Shown here in pieces: positions 30,138 through 48,592 of a stretch of DNA of 64,000 nt (positions are counted from its first letter, which is position 1; every line of letters begins with the position of its first letter). This stretch comes from the human T2T-CHM13v2.0 reference genome, Homo sapiens. The notes under the pieces were generated by a model that was not told where the DNA came from, searched no databases, and saw nothing but the letters and a program-made list of their open reading frames with translations. The position numbers were made by a program, and so were the translations under genes. The stretch is from NCBI RefSeq assembly GCF_009914755.1, contig NC_060928.1; one strand, 5' to 3'.

Positions 30138-30989
30138 AAAAATACATTCAACTAATGTGTTAGCTGGCTATAATTGCTAAGGGGGTAAGGAAAGGGAGAT
30201 GACTTAACATGGCCGGCAAGGGAGGCCTCACTCAACATGAAAGAGCTGAGGGAGATGCCATGGCCTTATCTATAGTTGAGGGAAGAGCATTCTAGGCAGA
30301 GGGAAAACTAGTGCAAAGGCCCTGAGGATAGTTGTGTTTAAAGGTTTGGAGAAGCAGTGAAGCTGTAGAGAAGTGCCCTTAAGGAGCGGAGGACTTTATG
30401 TCTGTAGTAGTGGAAAGTTGGTTATTTTCAAACTATGGTAAAATGGCAACGTGCTCTGGCCTGCGGGGCTCTGAATGTTTTAATTTAATTGGAATGCTCC
30501 CTATTGCCTTATACTTTACTGCTCTTAACCTAACTTTTCTCTGACCACCATCAGCCCTTCTATGTGTTCTTGATTTTCTTTAGCACCCTGTAATGGCCCT
30601 GTAGCATCAGAACTACATTGCGCATCGCATGCAAACTTACCTAACTGCCTCTGCTTCTCTCCATTCTGTAAAGTCCACCTTAGTTCCCACCATATTACAG
30701 AGGGTCTAGTCAGGTGCTTGACCTTTTGTAGGTAAGTGGCTTACAGTCCCCTTCTAAGGGCCGCATAATGTTGAGCCTAGGTTCAAATCTCTGTGTGTGA
30801 TCTTAAACCTCTTAGTGTTAGGTTCTATTAACAAGTAATTAAAATGAGTTATATGTGGTACATCAGACTACTTGGTAAGTAGTAAATACTCAGCAAATGA
30901 TATATTAGTTGGTAGTACTATTTAATCATTTTTATAACACCGTATAGTCATAATGTAAGAACAAAATGACAATACTGATATTTAGTACT

Positions 30990-31026
30990 GTGTGTGTTTC
31001 AGCAGCACATCTACTAAAATTGGAAC
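30990..31026 (+). pseudogene. U6 snRNA 5' fragment (3'-truncated retrocopy)
   Basis: TTCAGCAGCACATCTACTAAAATTGGAAC vs U6 TTCGGCAGCACATATACTAAAATTGGAAC; direct repeat ACTGATA(T/C)TTAGTA at 30974 and 31025. Confidence 0.8.
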
Positions 31027-31627
31027 TGATACTTAGTATTTACATAATACTGGAATAGCTCTAATGTTCTTTTAATGGAGCATTAACTATGGGCCAAGTA
31101 CTATTCTAGGTATCACGAGAATCAGTGAGCAAGTATACAAAAATCAGTGGATATGGTTGGTTTTGACATTTCAGATATTCGATAGCTGCATGTGGCTAGG
31201 GGCAGCACAGACATAGAACATCAATATACAGAAAACAACCCCAGAGCCTTAAAAGGCCCTAGCAAGTTCTGTCAGAACAGTGGTCCAGTGAAGTGGGCCA
31301 AGAGAATGGCAAGGTTTTCTAGGTACTGTCAAGATGAAAGGTGTAAAAACTGTGTTAAAAGTCTGAAGGCTCTAGCAAATAGTTGTCAAGAATAACCACT
31401 GGTTTCACAAAGCACTCCACGGAGTCCTGGTGGTGGTCCTTTGCCCCTTGAGTTACTTGGGCAGAGGCCCTGTAACACGTCCATGGCTCAAAATCCACAT
31501 GTGGCTAGGGGCAGCACAGACAGAAAACATTTCCATTACTGCAGGGTTTTATTAGCAGTACTGTTGTAGACATTGCATGAATCAACCAACTTTTCAGAAG
31601 AGAAAACCTGTCAGAACCTGGAAAGAC

Positions 31628-32040
31628 AGTGTAGTCTGAATGACCGCCTCTCGAGATAATCAGGCCTAATCTCTCGAACCTGTAAATGTTACCTTATTTG
31701 CAGATATTAATATAATTAGATTAAGGATCTCAGGATGGGGAGATTACCTTGGATAATCCTAGTGGGCCCTAAATGCGATCACAAGTTCCCTCATGAGAGG
31801 GAGGCTGAGGGATATCCACACACAGCAGATTGGAAGATGCTGGCCTTGAAGATCAGAGTGAGGCAGCCCCCAGGAGCTGGGAGATGCCAAGGAACACATT
31901 CCCCATCAGAGCCTCCTGAGGAGCATCATTTGATTTGGCTCAGTGAAACTGATTTCTGACTTCTGGCCTTCAGAACTGAGAATAAATTGCTGTTTTAAGC
32001 CACCAAGTTATAATTTGTTACAGCAGCCTCTAAGATCACA
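31628..32040 (+). mobile_element. MLT1-type MaLR LTR
   Basis: TTAAGGATCTCAGGATGGGGAGATTACCTTGGAT..GACTTCTGGCCTTCAGAACTG..TTTGTTACAGCAGC. Confidence 0.8.
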
Positions 32041-32139
32041 AATATAGCTGGGGCAAGAACCCCACCACCTCAGCCTTCCTCCCTTGTTTTTATTAGTGCC
32101 GTGTGGGTGGTTGGGAGTAGATCCTATGTATATTCATTA

Positions 32140-32443
32140 GTCCTTTTTATTTTATTTTATTTTATTGAGAGAGTCTCACTCTGTCGCCCAGGCTGGAGTG
32201 CAGTGGCGCGATCTCGGCTCACTGCAAGCTCCGCCTCCTGGGTTCATGCTGTTCTCCTGCCTCAGCCTCCCGAGAGCTGGGACTACAGGCGCCCGCCACC
32301 ACGCCCGGCTACTTTTTTGTATTTTTAGTAGAGACGGGTTTTCACCGTGTTAGCCAGGGTGGTTTCGATCTCCTGACCTTGTGATGCACCTGCCTCAGCC
32401 TCCCAAAGTGCTGGGATTACAGGCATGAGCCACCGCGCCCGGC
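32140..32443 (-). mobile_element. AluY-like
   Basis: CTGCAAGCTCCGCC and CACCGTGTTAGCCAGG; TSD CATTAGTC. Confidence 0.9.
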
Positions 32444-32987
32444 CCATTAGTCATTTTTTAAAGGTATAACCATGAATTTAAAATGTATTTAGACTTTAAT
32501 CTTGAGATACATGAGCATGTGCATGTGGCTAAAATATGTGGGGTCAGCACATACCTCCTAATAAAGCATTGTGAAAAGTAAGGAATCAATTTATGGTTTA
32601 TTGGAAAGTCACTTATGCACACTTGTATTTATACAGCACAAGACACCACATTTTAAAAATTCAATAACTGAAGCAAATTAAGACAATAGGAAAAGCATTC
32701 TAATTATAATTTTTGCCCTGCGGGCTGTACAGCTTCAGCCAGCAGTGTCCTGGAGGTAATACAAACTGCTAAAGTGAGATAATGTTTTCATAAACCTCAG
32801 TTTTGGTTTGTGTTTTAAGAAATGTAAACTTGAATCTCGGCAAGAGAAGGTTCTCAAAATTTGGCACAAAGGGAGCATCTGTCAGCCTATTAGGTGTTTT
32901 TGGTGTATGAAACATGAGATGTAAAAGAGGACTTAAAAGGACATAATAGTACTAGTGTCCTTTAAAAATATATATATATATATATCA

Positions 32988-33245
32988 GCTAGGCACAGCC
33001 TGTAATCCCAGCTCTTTGGGAGGCTGAGGCATGGGGACCGCTTGAGGCCAGGAGTTCGAGACCAGCCTGAGCAACAAAGCAAGACCCCATCTCTACAAAA
33101 AGCCAAAAACTTAGCTGGGCACAGTCATCTAATCTACTTGGGAGGCTGAGGAGGGAGGATGGCTTGAGCCCACAAGTTCAAGGTTGCAGTGAGACATGAC
33201 TCACTGCTCTCCAGCCTGGGCAACAGCAAGACCCTGACTCCAGAA
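32988..33245 (+). mobile_element. AluJ-like
   Basis: Diverged dimeric Alu. Confidence 0.8.
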
Positions 33246-33996
33246 AAGTAGTATGACTAATGAAACCAGTCTTCCCAGGGTCAGCTACCACAAGGCTCTG
33301 ACTTAAGTCCTTGCCACTAGGTTGCAATAATACTAATTCTGAATTACGGGATACTACACTTAAACAGCACTATACTAGAGACTGAGAAGGAAATTGGGGC
33401 AAAGAACCTAAGTTTTTTAATGAGAAGTTCATATTGAACTCAAATTTATTATGTGATGGAATAACACATGGTTCACCTAGCTCCCTAAACTAACATGTTA
33501 ATTGACAAAAATACTATCTGAAATCCTTTACATTTTCTAGATGTATCAAAATTTCTTCTGTGTGAAACCATTTTTCACCTATTCTGTGTAAGAATACCTT
33601 ATCTATATCAACTGACATGAATTACTAATGCTTTTTTATTAAAGTGTTTGAGCAAAACCATCATTTGACTGGACCATGATGTACTTGAGGCTATTCGTGG
33701 GCTCACGAATATTCAAGTAATTCAAGCTTTCCTTTATTGAATGCTGTAGAGCTGAAACATAGCATATGAAGGTCAAAACTCAGTCACTTGAAAAGATTGT
33801 ATATATTGTTTACTTGTTAATACCCTTTGAAACTTCTCAAACTATAGAATCTCATTCTCATGATGAAAGGATCAGACTGAACCCTATTTGCCCTTTATTC
33901 TAAATCCTAGAGATGAACAGTTTATATATAAAAATCCATTTAAAAGTGAAATTTAGATTATTTAAAGAACAAAGTATCGTGAGATTCTGAACATAA

Positions 33997-34421
<425 letters not shown>

Positions 34422-35084
34422 TTAAACTGCCCACAATTCTTCATTGCTTTTTCTTTCTTAATCGAATCCCTGTTTCCAACATCTGAGCTCCATCTTCCAC
34501 TCCCAAAAGAAGTTTCATTATTACAAGTTAAATATTTCTGCCCAAGTATGGCCAGTCTCAGACTACTTTTGAGATGTGTCCGTACAGAATAACAATTGCT
34601 AGCTCCCTGTTGAAGGTTTAACTGCTTACCCTGCAGGTAACCTGATGAGCTCACTTTGAAGAAATAAGGTAGAAATTCTCCTACAGTTAGTTCCTTACTG
34701 TGAGATAACAGTTTGTTCCTCCTAATAAACTGGTTCCATCCTCTTCTTTTGGTCATATCCAGCTCTACAAGTTTCACGCTGTTTAAGTCATGAACCTACA
34801 AAAGCCTGTGAAAAAATCTTTGAAGATGCTCAGCTTGTTTCAGTCTGAAATTTCTCCAAGACCAATGAACAAAACAGGATCATGCCCTGAATACACACCC
34901 AAGCTGCAGGCTCCTGCTTAGCCCTATTTTGGTTTGGCCTCCATGAGATCTTCAGCCACAATAGCAGGAGATAAAAATCTTCCTAGAAGCTTTCATCAGC
35001 TGCAAGTTTTCTTACAGAATGAAACTTTTCTGCTATTTTTCTCATAGTTAATTGGCTATTTGAGAAAACCGAATTTCTGGCTCT

Positions 35085-35570
35085 CAGCATTTAATTGGAT
35101 TCTGTGGGTGACTGGATGACCGCTTTGCACATCACCATGGGTATCATCCTTACCTTCTTTAAACCTTTTGTGCCAGTCAAAAATTCTTGCTCTTGATATG
35201 TCATCACCGGAAACTACTTTTTTTTTTTGTTTCTCTTTTGTGACAGGGTCTTCCTCTGTCACCCAGGCTGGATGGAGTATAGTGGAACAATCATAGTTCA
35301 CTGCGGCCTTGGTACCCTAGGCTCAAGCGATCCTCCCACCTCAGCCTCCTGAGTAGGTGGGACCACAGGTGTGTACCACCAGACCTGGCTAATTTTGTTA
35401 TTGTTGTTTTTTATAGAGGTGGGGGGGTCTCCCTATGTTGCCCAGGCCTGTCTTGAACTCACGGGCTCAAGTGATCCTCCTGCCTCAGCCTCCCAAAGTT
35501 CTGGGATTACAGGGGTGAGCCACTGGACCCAGCCAGAAACTACTTTTAACAGTTCTAATTGCCACTTGTC
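35085..35570 (-). mobile_element. Mariner transposase fragment split by an AluJ-like element (35218-35535)
   Basis: With the Alu removed (TSD GAAACTACTTT) it reads [40 protein letters not shown], like the mariner N-terminal HTH (W..RF..G......RSGRP). Confidence 0.75.
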
Positions 35571-36271
35571 TTGGCTGTATATTCAGAAATAGCCAGATTG
35601 GAATTATGGTTTTTTGATTGCTATTGATAGGGAGGTTCAAATGCAATATACCAAAATAGTCTATTTCAGGTGTCTCACTGACATATTTAACTTTACACAA
35701 AATTTAATATGAATTCTTTGCTCTAACAGTCAACAATTTTTAGGTCAACAAAAGAATAACTCTATTCACATCTAAGAAAGTTAGTTGGCAACCTTAAAAG
35801 CTCTGTTGTAGCCAGCTGAAACATAACCTATTCCAGCAATTTCACAAACTACACAAAGAAAAATTGGTAAATATTTCAACAGATGAGTACAAATAATCTT
35901 TGGAGAAGCTGATAAAGATTTCAGTGCTATATCATCTTAGCCTGCTATTTTCCCACCTACAAAAGGGTCGAAAATAAATCAGCTTTTTCTTGTCCAATTA
36001 ATAGGAAAATGATATATGAAATACTTTAATTATTAGTCGGCACTGTCCCACCCCGAAAGAACCTAAGACTTAAAAATACATCCTAATAACATGTATATTG
36101 CCACTTGGCTGTACACTGAAGACTCAGGTATCTACAGTATTTTGTATTCTCTTCCCGATTGCACGATTTTTTCAGTGCTTTGCTTTCAGGGAAAACAGAC
36201 TCAGGCTGGTCTTTCTTATGGTATTAAGTACAGGCTACTTTAAGATAATTTTGTGGTGTTTGCTAAATTCA

Positions 36272-36605
<334 letters not shown>

Positions 36606-36899
36606 TTACTGGGGGAATCTCCTTTACCTTTTGGGGAGGCTGATAGGGCTGCTTAAAATATTTGTATTAGGCACTGGAAGATGTAAACGGGACCTTATCC
36701 TATTTAAACTCTCTTTAAATTAGCTAGAAATGGGCTGGGAACAACAGGAACCCACCATTTAACTACGGCGGCTAATCCCCCAAGTATGGTAACATACTGT
36801 ACTGCACCCCCTAAAAGTGTGTTACCAACAGGACCACAAACAAGTTTGCCCACTGTTTTTAATGCAAATGTTCCTTTCAAGATCGCAAACCCTTCAATA

Positions 36900-37680
36900 C
36901 ACAGGGCCTAATCCAGTCGCGCTTTACTACTACGGGTTACTCCCGCCAACTGGCAGGGGAGCCGCCCCGGGCCCCGCGGAAAAGGCAGGTGCGCGTGAGG
37001 GAAAGCATGAGAGCCCGGGCCGCGCCCACCTCGGCCCCAGGCACTACGGGTCCTGCGGGTCCCGCGGGTCCCGGATTCGAGGCGAAGCGGCCCAGAGCCT
37101 GCGGCTGCTCAGACCTCCTCACCGCGCCCACCTCCCAGCCACCTCCTGGCTCCAGGTCCAGAGCAGGAGCAGGACTACCGGGGTCCCTGGCACACAAGGA
37201 GCAGAAATACCTTGAGGGGCGGGACCAAGTAGCCCAGCGCTGGAGGAAGACCCGCACCCTCGCGGGAGTTCTGAGAGCCTTAGCAGGCCGCGACAACACT
37301 GGGAGACGTGTCTGCCAATCACCGGATGGGGGCGGTCCTGGGGGGGGGGTCATGCAATTGGCTAAGCACGGAGAAGCTCTCGTTCCATTGGCCATTTTTC
37401 CGGCCTCAAGCCCACCCCTAGGCCTGAATCCCCGTCGCGTTCCGCCGGTCTGCTTCTCGGCCGAAAGGCTGGGGAGGAGGAGAGGAAACGCCTGGGTTAG
37501 TTTTGGTTCCTTCTGCTGGCGCTCAGGCTGCTGGAAGAGTCCTAGACCTTCACCCGTGGTCCCTTGGGCCCGTTTCACGCCCACGTTCTGACATGTCCTG
37601 TGGTATTCTGTACCTCTGCCTTCTACCCTGTGTCCCACGCTGATCCATCCTAGGCAGGGAGAAGGCAGCGTCGCAGGGAC
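36900..37680. promoter_or_regulatory. Second CpG island
   Basis: CpG-rich unique sequence; GGGCGG boxes; CCAAT/ATTGG near 37315, 37358 and 37387; ETS-like CCGGAA on the minus strand just upstream of the ATG at 37395. Confidence 0.85.
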
Positions 37681-38139
37681 AATGCCAAAATCAAGATATT
37701 TCTCTTAGAGCTTTCTAATATTAATACCTTATGTCTAGGTATGGTATACAATAAGCATATATATATTTTATAAATCTAAAACCACTCCCCCTCATTAAAT
37801 CATCAAACTAGTCCCAATGAAGTAGGTACTGTTATTCCTTATTTTTCAAGCAAGGAAACATGAGCAGGAGGATTTAGTGATCGGCTCACGTCCTGTCATG
37901 TTTACTTCCTAAATATCAGCTGTATCCTGTCCTCATTCCTATTCCCTTGCTCTAATTCAGACCTTCATAATTGCTTGCCTGGATTAGTTCTACAAATAGC
38001 TCCCAACTCCTTTCCCGGTCATCCTCCAAAGCCAAAGATTAATCTTCCTAATGCAAATCTGATTGTGTCTCTTAAACCCTTCTCAAGCCTCTCAAATGTC
38101 AACTCCTTCTGTGGCACCTCATTGCCTGTAGGTTCTGGC

Positions 38140-41340
<3,201 letters not shown>

Positions 41341-42659
41341 TACTTAGCTTTATCGTAAGCCTTAATAGTGTATCAGTGAACCGAATTTTCAATGTAATTA
41401 AATTTAAATTTAAATAGCCACCTGGCTATTGGCTACTGTATTGGACAGCACAGATATAGAACATTTCTATCCTGGCAGAAAGTTCTGCTGGATAACACTG
41501 TTCTAGAAAGCATGTAGAAGGCAATACCAGATGCTTCATTTCATAGCTGCATGCCGGGCTGCTCTTCAAAAATATATATGTAAAACCTTTTTTCAAAAAC
41601 TCAGAACACAGCCTCCTATAGTTACGACACCAATTCTTTTAACCTTGCACTTTTTGCAATACAAATACTATGTCAGGTGCAGGAGAGCTTAGTGAGTTGG
41701 GAAACATTTTCTTTGATCAGACACCAAAAAATAGTAGCCCCAAATCATAGGAAAAGATTCCTGCTGAATTACCATTACTTGTAGTTCGTTACCTGCTCTC
41801 ATCCAAGGTCACACTTAATTCTCTTACTGCTCCAGGAAAGCCCTGGGCTGTCACTAGCTGTATTTGAGAGAGCTTGCCTTCAGACTTGCAATCAGGGGTC
41901 TGAGTCAGATCTGGCTCCTGTAAGGGATTCCTCAAGCCATATGGTCCTAGTCTATCCATGACACTGTAGACTTGTGACTGTAAAATGATGCATTGTACTT
42001 ATTTTATCCTTGAGATGTTACTTGAGAAATTGTGTGTATTTATTTCTCCCTATAATGTTTGTATTTGATAACTATTTCTTTTCCAATGTTTTGTGTTTTA
42101 TACTACTGTGATGGCTATTTTATCATCAATTTCCAGACTGCAGTCTAGCCCAGGGCTTTATTTTTATTTTTAGAGACTGGATCTCGCTGCACTCCACCCA
42201 GGCTGGAGTGCAGTGGTGCAATCATAGCTCACTCCAACCTCAGCCTTCTGTAGCCTAGGGCTTTAGGCACGATCTAAATCTCCATTGGGCAACAAAATGT
42301 TTGTGGAGCACTTACTCTGTGAGAGGCACTATGCAAGGCCCTGAGCAGATAGATGACAAATAACAGATCACTGTTACCATTGAGCATCTACTATAGTCCA
42401 AGCTCTTGTATTTGTTATTTTTCATGATCATAACAACTCTGCAAAGGTAAATGTTGCTTCTTCATTTTCAAGATGATAAAGCTAAGGTTGTGGAGTGGGG
42501 GGGAGTCAAACTCCTGTAGATAGTAAGTGCTGGAGCTGAGATTTAAGCTATGAATTCACCTTACAGAAATGGGCCCTTTGAGAAGACCCTGAATGTGAAT
42601 GTGGTGGCTGGATCTCTAGCTGCTACCTTGGGCCACAGGGATGAGAATCACATCCTAGA

Positions 42660-43523
<864 letters not shown>

Positions 43524-44384
43524 GAAGTGGAAGGAACTTGAGACCCTGAGGATGCTGTGAAGCACAGTCTCCACATCAGCACTGGTCTGAACAAAAATGA
43601 ATATTTTCTTATTTAAATGACTACTATTAGGGCCTCTGTTATTTGCATTCAAACCTAAATGACAGTTAGGATAAAGTCCAAACACCTAATTATGACATAC
43701 TAGGCCTATCAAGAGTTGGCCCTTGCCTTCTTTTCTACCTTCCCCTTTCTAACCCCGCATATTCTTCAGTCATATAGGACTACTCCTAAAGCTCTCTCCC
43801 CACTGCTTTCCTCTGTGCACACTTCTTCCTGTCCTATAAGTGATATCTTTTGTATCTTTTTCCCTCTGCCTGTGTATTATTTATTTATTTTGTTAAGCCT
43901 TCTTAGCTTGGCCACATCTTAACATAGGTTTTATATCCTCCAGAATTCCTTCCCTGACCTCATCAGGCTAGATCTCTTATCTCATGGTACCAGTGCTTCC
44001 TGCTATCATAATGTTTACCAATTACATTGTAGATTGTAAATTTCTTTTAGAGCTCAGTGCCTGTTTCATCATAAATACTCATTAAATCTTTGCTCGATGG
44101 TTGAAAGAGCACTACTGTTTTTCCTTGGCCTTCTATGGAAAGATATTCTCTGAATTTCTAAAAAATAAGATCTTACAAATATTTTTAATGAGCAGCTCAA
44201 AAACAAACCAAAGATAGCAATAAAATGAAGCATCTGGTACTGGCTTCTAGATGTCTTCTAGAACAGCGGTGTCGATAGACTTTCTGTGAGGAGGGAAATG
44301 TTCTATATTTATACTGTTCAATATAGTAGCTCCTAGACCTATGGCTAACTACAATAAAATAAAGTTAAAAATTTAGTTCTTTGG

Positions 44385-44965
44385 TATGAAAGGCTGAATA
44401 ACGGCCTCCAAATATCTCCACATCCTAATTCTAGGAACCTGTGATTATTACTTCACATGGCAGAAGGGACATTGCAGATGTAATTAAACTAAGGATCTTG
44501 AGATGGGGAAATTATCCTGGGTTATTTGGGTGGGCCCTAAATGTAATTAAAGGTGTCATTACATGAAGGACACAGGAGGAGATTTTACTACAGGCCAAAA
44601 GAAGGCAATGTGACAACTGAAGCAAGAGGCCATTCTGCAGGCTTTGAAGACAGAGCTGGAGTAAGGGGCCTCCAGTCAAGGAATGCATGCTTCTGCAAGA
44701 CTAGGTTGAAAACAAAACAAAAGGAATGCATAAAATGCAACTCTAGAATCTGGAAAAGGTAAAAAAACAAAAAACAAAACCAAAAAAAAGAGATTGTCTC
44801 CTAGAGCCTCCAGAGGGAGAGTGACCCTGCTGTCACCTTGATGATGGCCTAGCAAAACTGATTTTAAACTTCTGGGCTCCAGAACTGTAAAACAATAAAT
44901 GTATGTTGCTTTAAGCCACCAGGTTTGTGGTAATTTGTTATTGCAGCCATAAGAAATTAATACAT
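44385..44965 (+). mobile_element. MLT1-type MaLR LTR
   Basis: GGCTGAATAACGGCCTCC..AAGGATCTTGAGATGGGG..GGTAATTTGTTATTGCAGC..AAATTAATACA. Confidence 0.85.
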
Positions 44966-45789
44966 TCAGCAGAACTGGCCACATTTCCAGAACCCATTTT
45001 AGATGGTGCAGCTCTAGAGTTTTCTGCTTGCCACAGACACATATGTGGGAGATCTCTCGGATGCTACATCTTTCAGACTTTAGACATTCTGAATATTAAT
45101 TTGCTACATTCATACATGAATTTATGGTATAATTGTTTTGCATGTGGAAACCAAGCCTAGAAAGCTCACCTATCTTCTGCTAAAGCAGAACACTAGGACT
45201 ACAGTAAATCAAGGCCTTTCTTCGACACTGTGATCCCTTACTTTTTACTACTCAAGACCATTTATAAATGGCCTCATTTTTCTCATGAACGTTGATACCA
45301 AAGAGAGGTGTTCCAGTTCAATTCACCTTTGGAACGCCAGAAACATCATCAAGTCAGATACAAATCATATTTCTTTGACATATGTCTCATTTAATAAAAA
45401 AATGACTTTGATGTCTTAGTTTTGCTTGGTGTGTACATGTACAGTCCAGGCAGGAGCATATCTAAGGTGTGGAGGTGAAGGAGACTCACCTCTAATCTCT
45501 GCTTCAAAAGGCTCCACACACAATAACCCTCACAGCAGTACAGCAGTGCATTGCAGAGTTCAGCTTTGTGCCTCTACCTGTCTGCACACATGTGAAAGTT
45601 TTATAATGGGTAAGAATTGTTAGCAAAATGTAAGTCCTGCTTTCCTTGGAGATGGTAAGAGGAAAAAATAACCACTAAACAAATTCCATTAAAGCAATTA
45701 CTATAATGCCTTGTATTATAATCCTTAGCACTCTAGTTAATGTTAACTAGTTGGGAAAGGATGTTCATAGCCTACCCACTTCCATTAAA

Positions 45790-46290
45790 ATTTTTTTTTC
45801 TTCTCGTAAAATATGCATAACACAAAATTTATCTTTTTAACAATTTTCAAGTGTACATTTCCATGGCATTGAATAGACTCACAATGTTGTCCAACCACCA
45901 CCACTTCCATTTCCAGAACTTTTTCATTATCCCAAACTGGAACTCTGTGCCTGTTAAATAATAATTCCCCATTTCCTGCTCCCCCCCCAGCCCTGGGAAT
46001 CACTATTTCTACTTTCTGTCTCTATGAATTTGACTATTCTAGGTAACTTATGTAAGTGGAACCATATAGTATTTGTCCTTTTATGTCTGGTTCATTTCAC
46101 TCAGCATGATGTTTTCAAGGTTCATCCATGTTGTAACGTGTCAAAATTTTCTTACTTTTTAAGGCTGAATTATATTCCATTGTATGTATTGACCACATTT
46201 TGTTTGTCCATTCATCTGTTGATGGACATTTGGGTTGTTTCCTCCTTTTGGCTATTGTGAATAATGTTTCTTTGAACACTGGTGTACATG
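45790..46290 (-). mobile_element. L1MB-like 3' end
   Basis: CTACTTTCTGTCTCTATGAATTTGACTATTCTAGGTA..GTTCATCCATGTTGTA..GATGGACATTTGGGTTG. Confidence 0.8.
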
Positions 46291-46874
46291 CTGGTGTATT
46301 TTATTAGTGGGCTACACAAACCTATTAACCAGAGTTTGCATAATATGGGAAATAGGTTTAAAGTCTCCACTAAATAAGTGGTTATACAGTTTGATCATAC
46401 ATTAGAATTACTGGGGGTTTTAAAAAGTTCCCAGTATCTATGTTGCACCCCTGAAAAATTATGTGACATTACCTGGGAATGGGACCCAGGCATCAGTGTC
46501 TTTTGTAAATCTTACCTCATGATTCCACTGTGCAGCCAAGTTTGAGAACTAGTGCCCTAAACAATTGCCTCATAAATATTGTTTCATCTAAGGCTCTTTT
46601 CCTTTCCCTACAATCTCTAAACCACACTCAGGTTTCCCATACTTACAAATCCAATTTAGCTGAATTAAATTCATTGTCATGTTTTCAAGCTCTTTCCACC
46701 AAAGCAGTTACTCATATAATTTAAGCTTAAGGGGGAAAATCTCAGCTCTGTCTAAAATTATTAAGGAAATGTTTGCTCCTATCAGCAATAGGATGCATAT
46801 AGTCAAATATATTTTAAAAAGTTAATCTACTAATGAAACTCTAAACACATTTTAATTGCAGGACTGATAATTAA

Positions 46875-47189
<315 letters not shown>

Positions 47190-48249
47190 TAACTCTTACT
47201 AATACAATTACTAAATACTGCCTTGGGAATGTCATGCTAATGTAATTTTATAGGAAAGAAAGAAAAGCATCATTATTTGCAGGTGACACAATTGAAATGC
47301 TTGGAAAATTCAAAATAATCAGCTTTTAAAAAGTTCTGAAGGTATACAAATAGTTAATGGCAAGAAAAAGAGATAATCCTTATATAGGATCCTTAGATAG
47401 CCAGTCATACCAGCTGAAAAATAAGAGATCCAATGTATAACAGCCACAAAAATTAAAAGACTTAAAACAAAAGATGCAGTACACATTTATTTGTTTAATT
47501 ATAAACCATATTGGACAATGCTTCAGAAAGTGGCTTGTAGAACAGGCTGCTTAGGGGATACTCCTGGCTTCCAGCACTTAGTAGCTGTGGGAACTTGGGG
47601 AGTTATTTAACCTCTCTGTGCCTGAGTTCATCTATGTATAAAGTGGGGAAATAACAGTACCTACTGCATAGTATTAGAAGGATTAGATGAGTTTAAAATC
47701 TACAGTGCTTAGAACAGTCCCTGCTACAATAGCATCATTTCAGTGTTAGCTTTTAGGTTTATTATGAGGAGTCTTTTGAGAAAGGAAATGACTACGTAGA
47801 GGGCTATAGCATATTGTTGAATAGAGTGAGTTTATAGGTGGGAAAGGAGACAGAAAATAAATACACAGTGGATGACTGGGTGCGAAAGAAACAAGTCTGA
47901 AGCTTGAGACTAAATATTTTATATATTTGTCCTCCCTATATAATATGAAATTGCATGAATGTGTATAAGATTTTTACATCAATACAACTCCAGTTAAATA
48001 CAGAGAATGCTAAATATAGTATAAAGGGAATTTATAAAAATTAACATGGCAAAATAAATGGATTTAAATATAAAAGAATATTTGAACAAGAAGGGCTGTT
48101 ATCAGCTTTTACAGCCTATTATGCAGCACTTACAAAACAGTAGTGGCATAGTAAATACTATTTCAAGAACTAAGAATCTAGAAACAACTCCAAGTTTAAA
48201 GAAAGCAAGAGGAAACATGGCTGTATAAGGTTTTTCAAAACTGAAGGGG

Positions 48250-48592
48250 ATGTACATATATATCCTATGTATACACAATATGTATGTATATACACATACA
48301 CAGTTTTCTATATACTATATATATGTGTGTATATATTTATACACATATATACATATATACACATATGTATACATATATACATATACACATATGTATACAT
48401 ATACAATATGTATACATATATACACATATGTATACATATACACACATATGTATACATATACACACATATATACACACATGTATACATATGTACACACATG
48501 TACACACATGTATACATATGTACACACATGTATACATATATACATATATGTATACACACGCATATATACATATATACACACACACACACATA
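48250..48592. repeat. TA/CA/TG low-complexity repeat abutting an Alu left arm (48600-48758, -)
   Basis: Degenerate ACACATATGTATACATAT units. Confidence 0.95.

Noticed and set aside
37117-37200. Similarity between the end of DANCR exon 1 (GCTGGAGTTGCGCG|GTGAG) and the end of gene A exon 1 (GCTGGGAGGTGGGCGCG|GTGAG)
   Set aside because: Short, GC-rich and partly splice consensus; it does not extend.
36989-37591. 200-aa plus-strand ORF in the second CpG island
   Set aside because: Non-ATG start, GC-rich low-complexity composition and no recognisable domain; the minus-strand frame fits the ATG and splice donor better.
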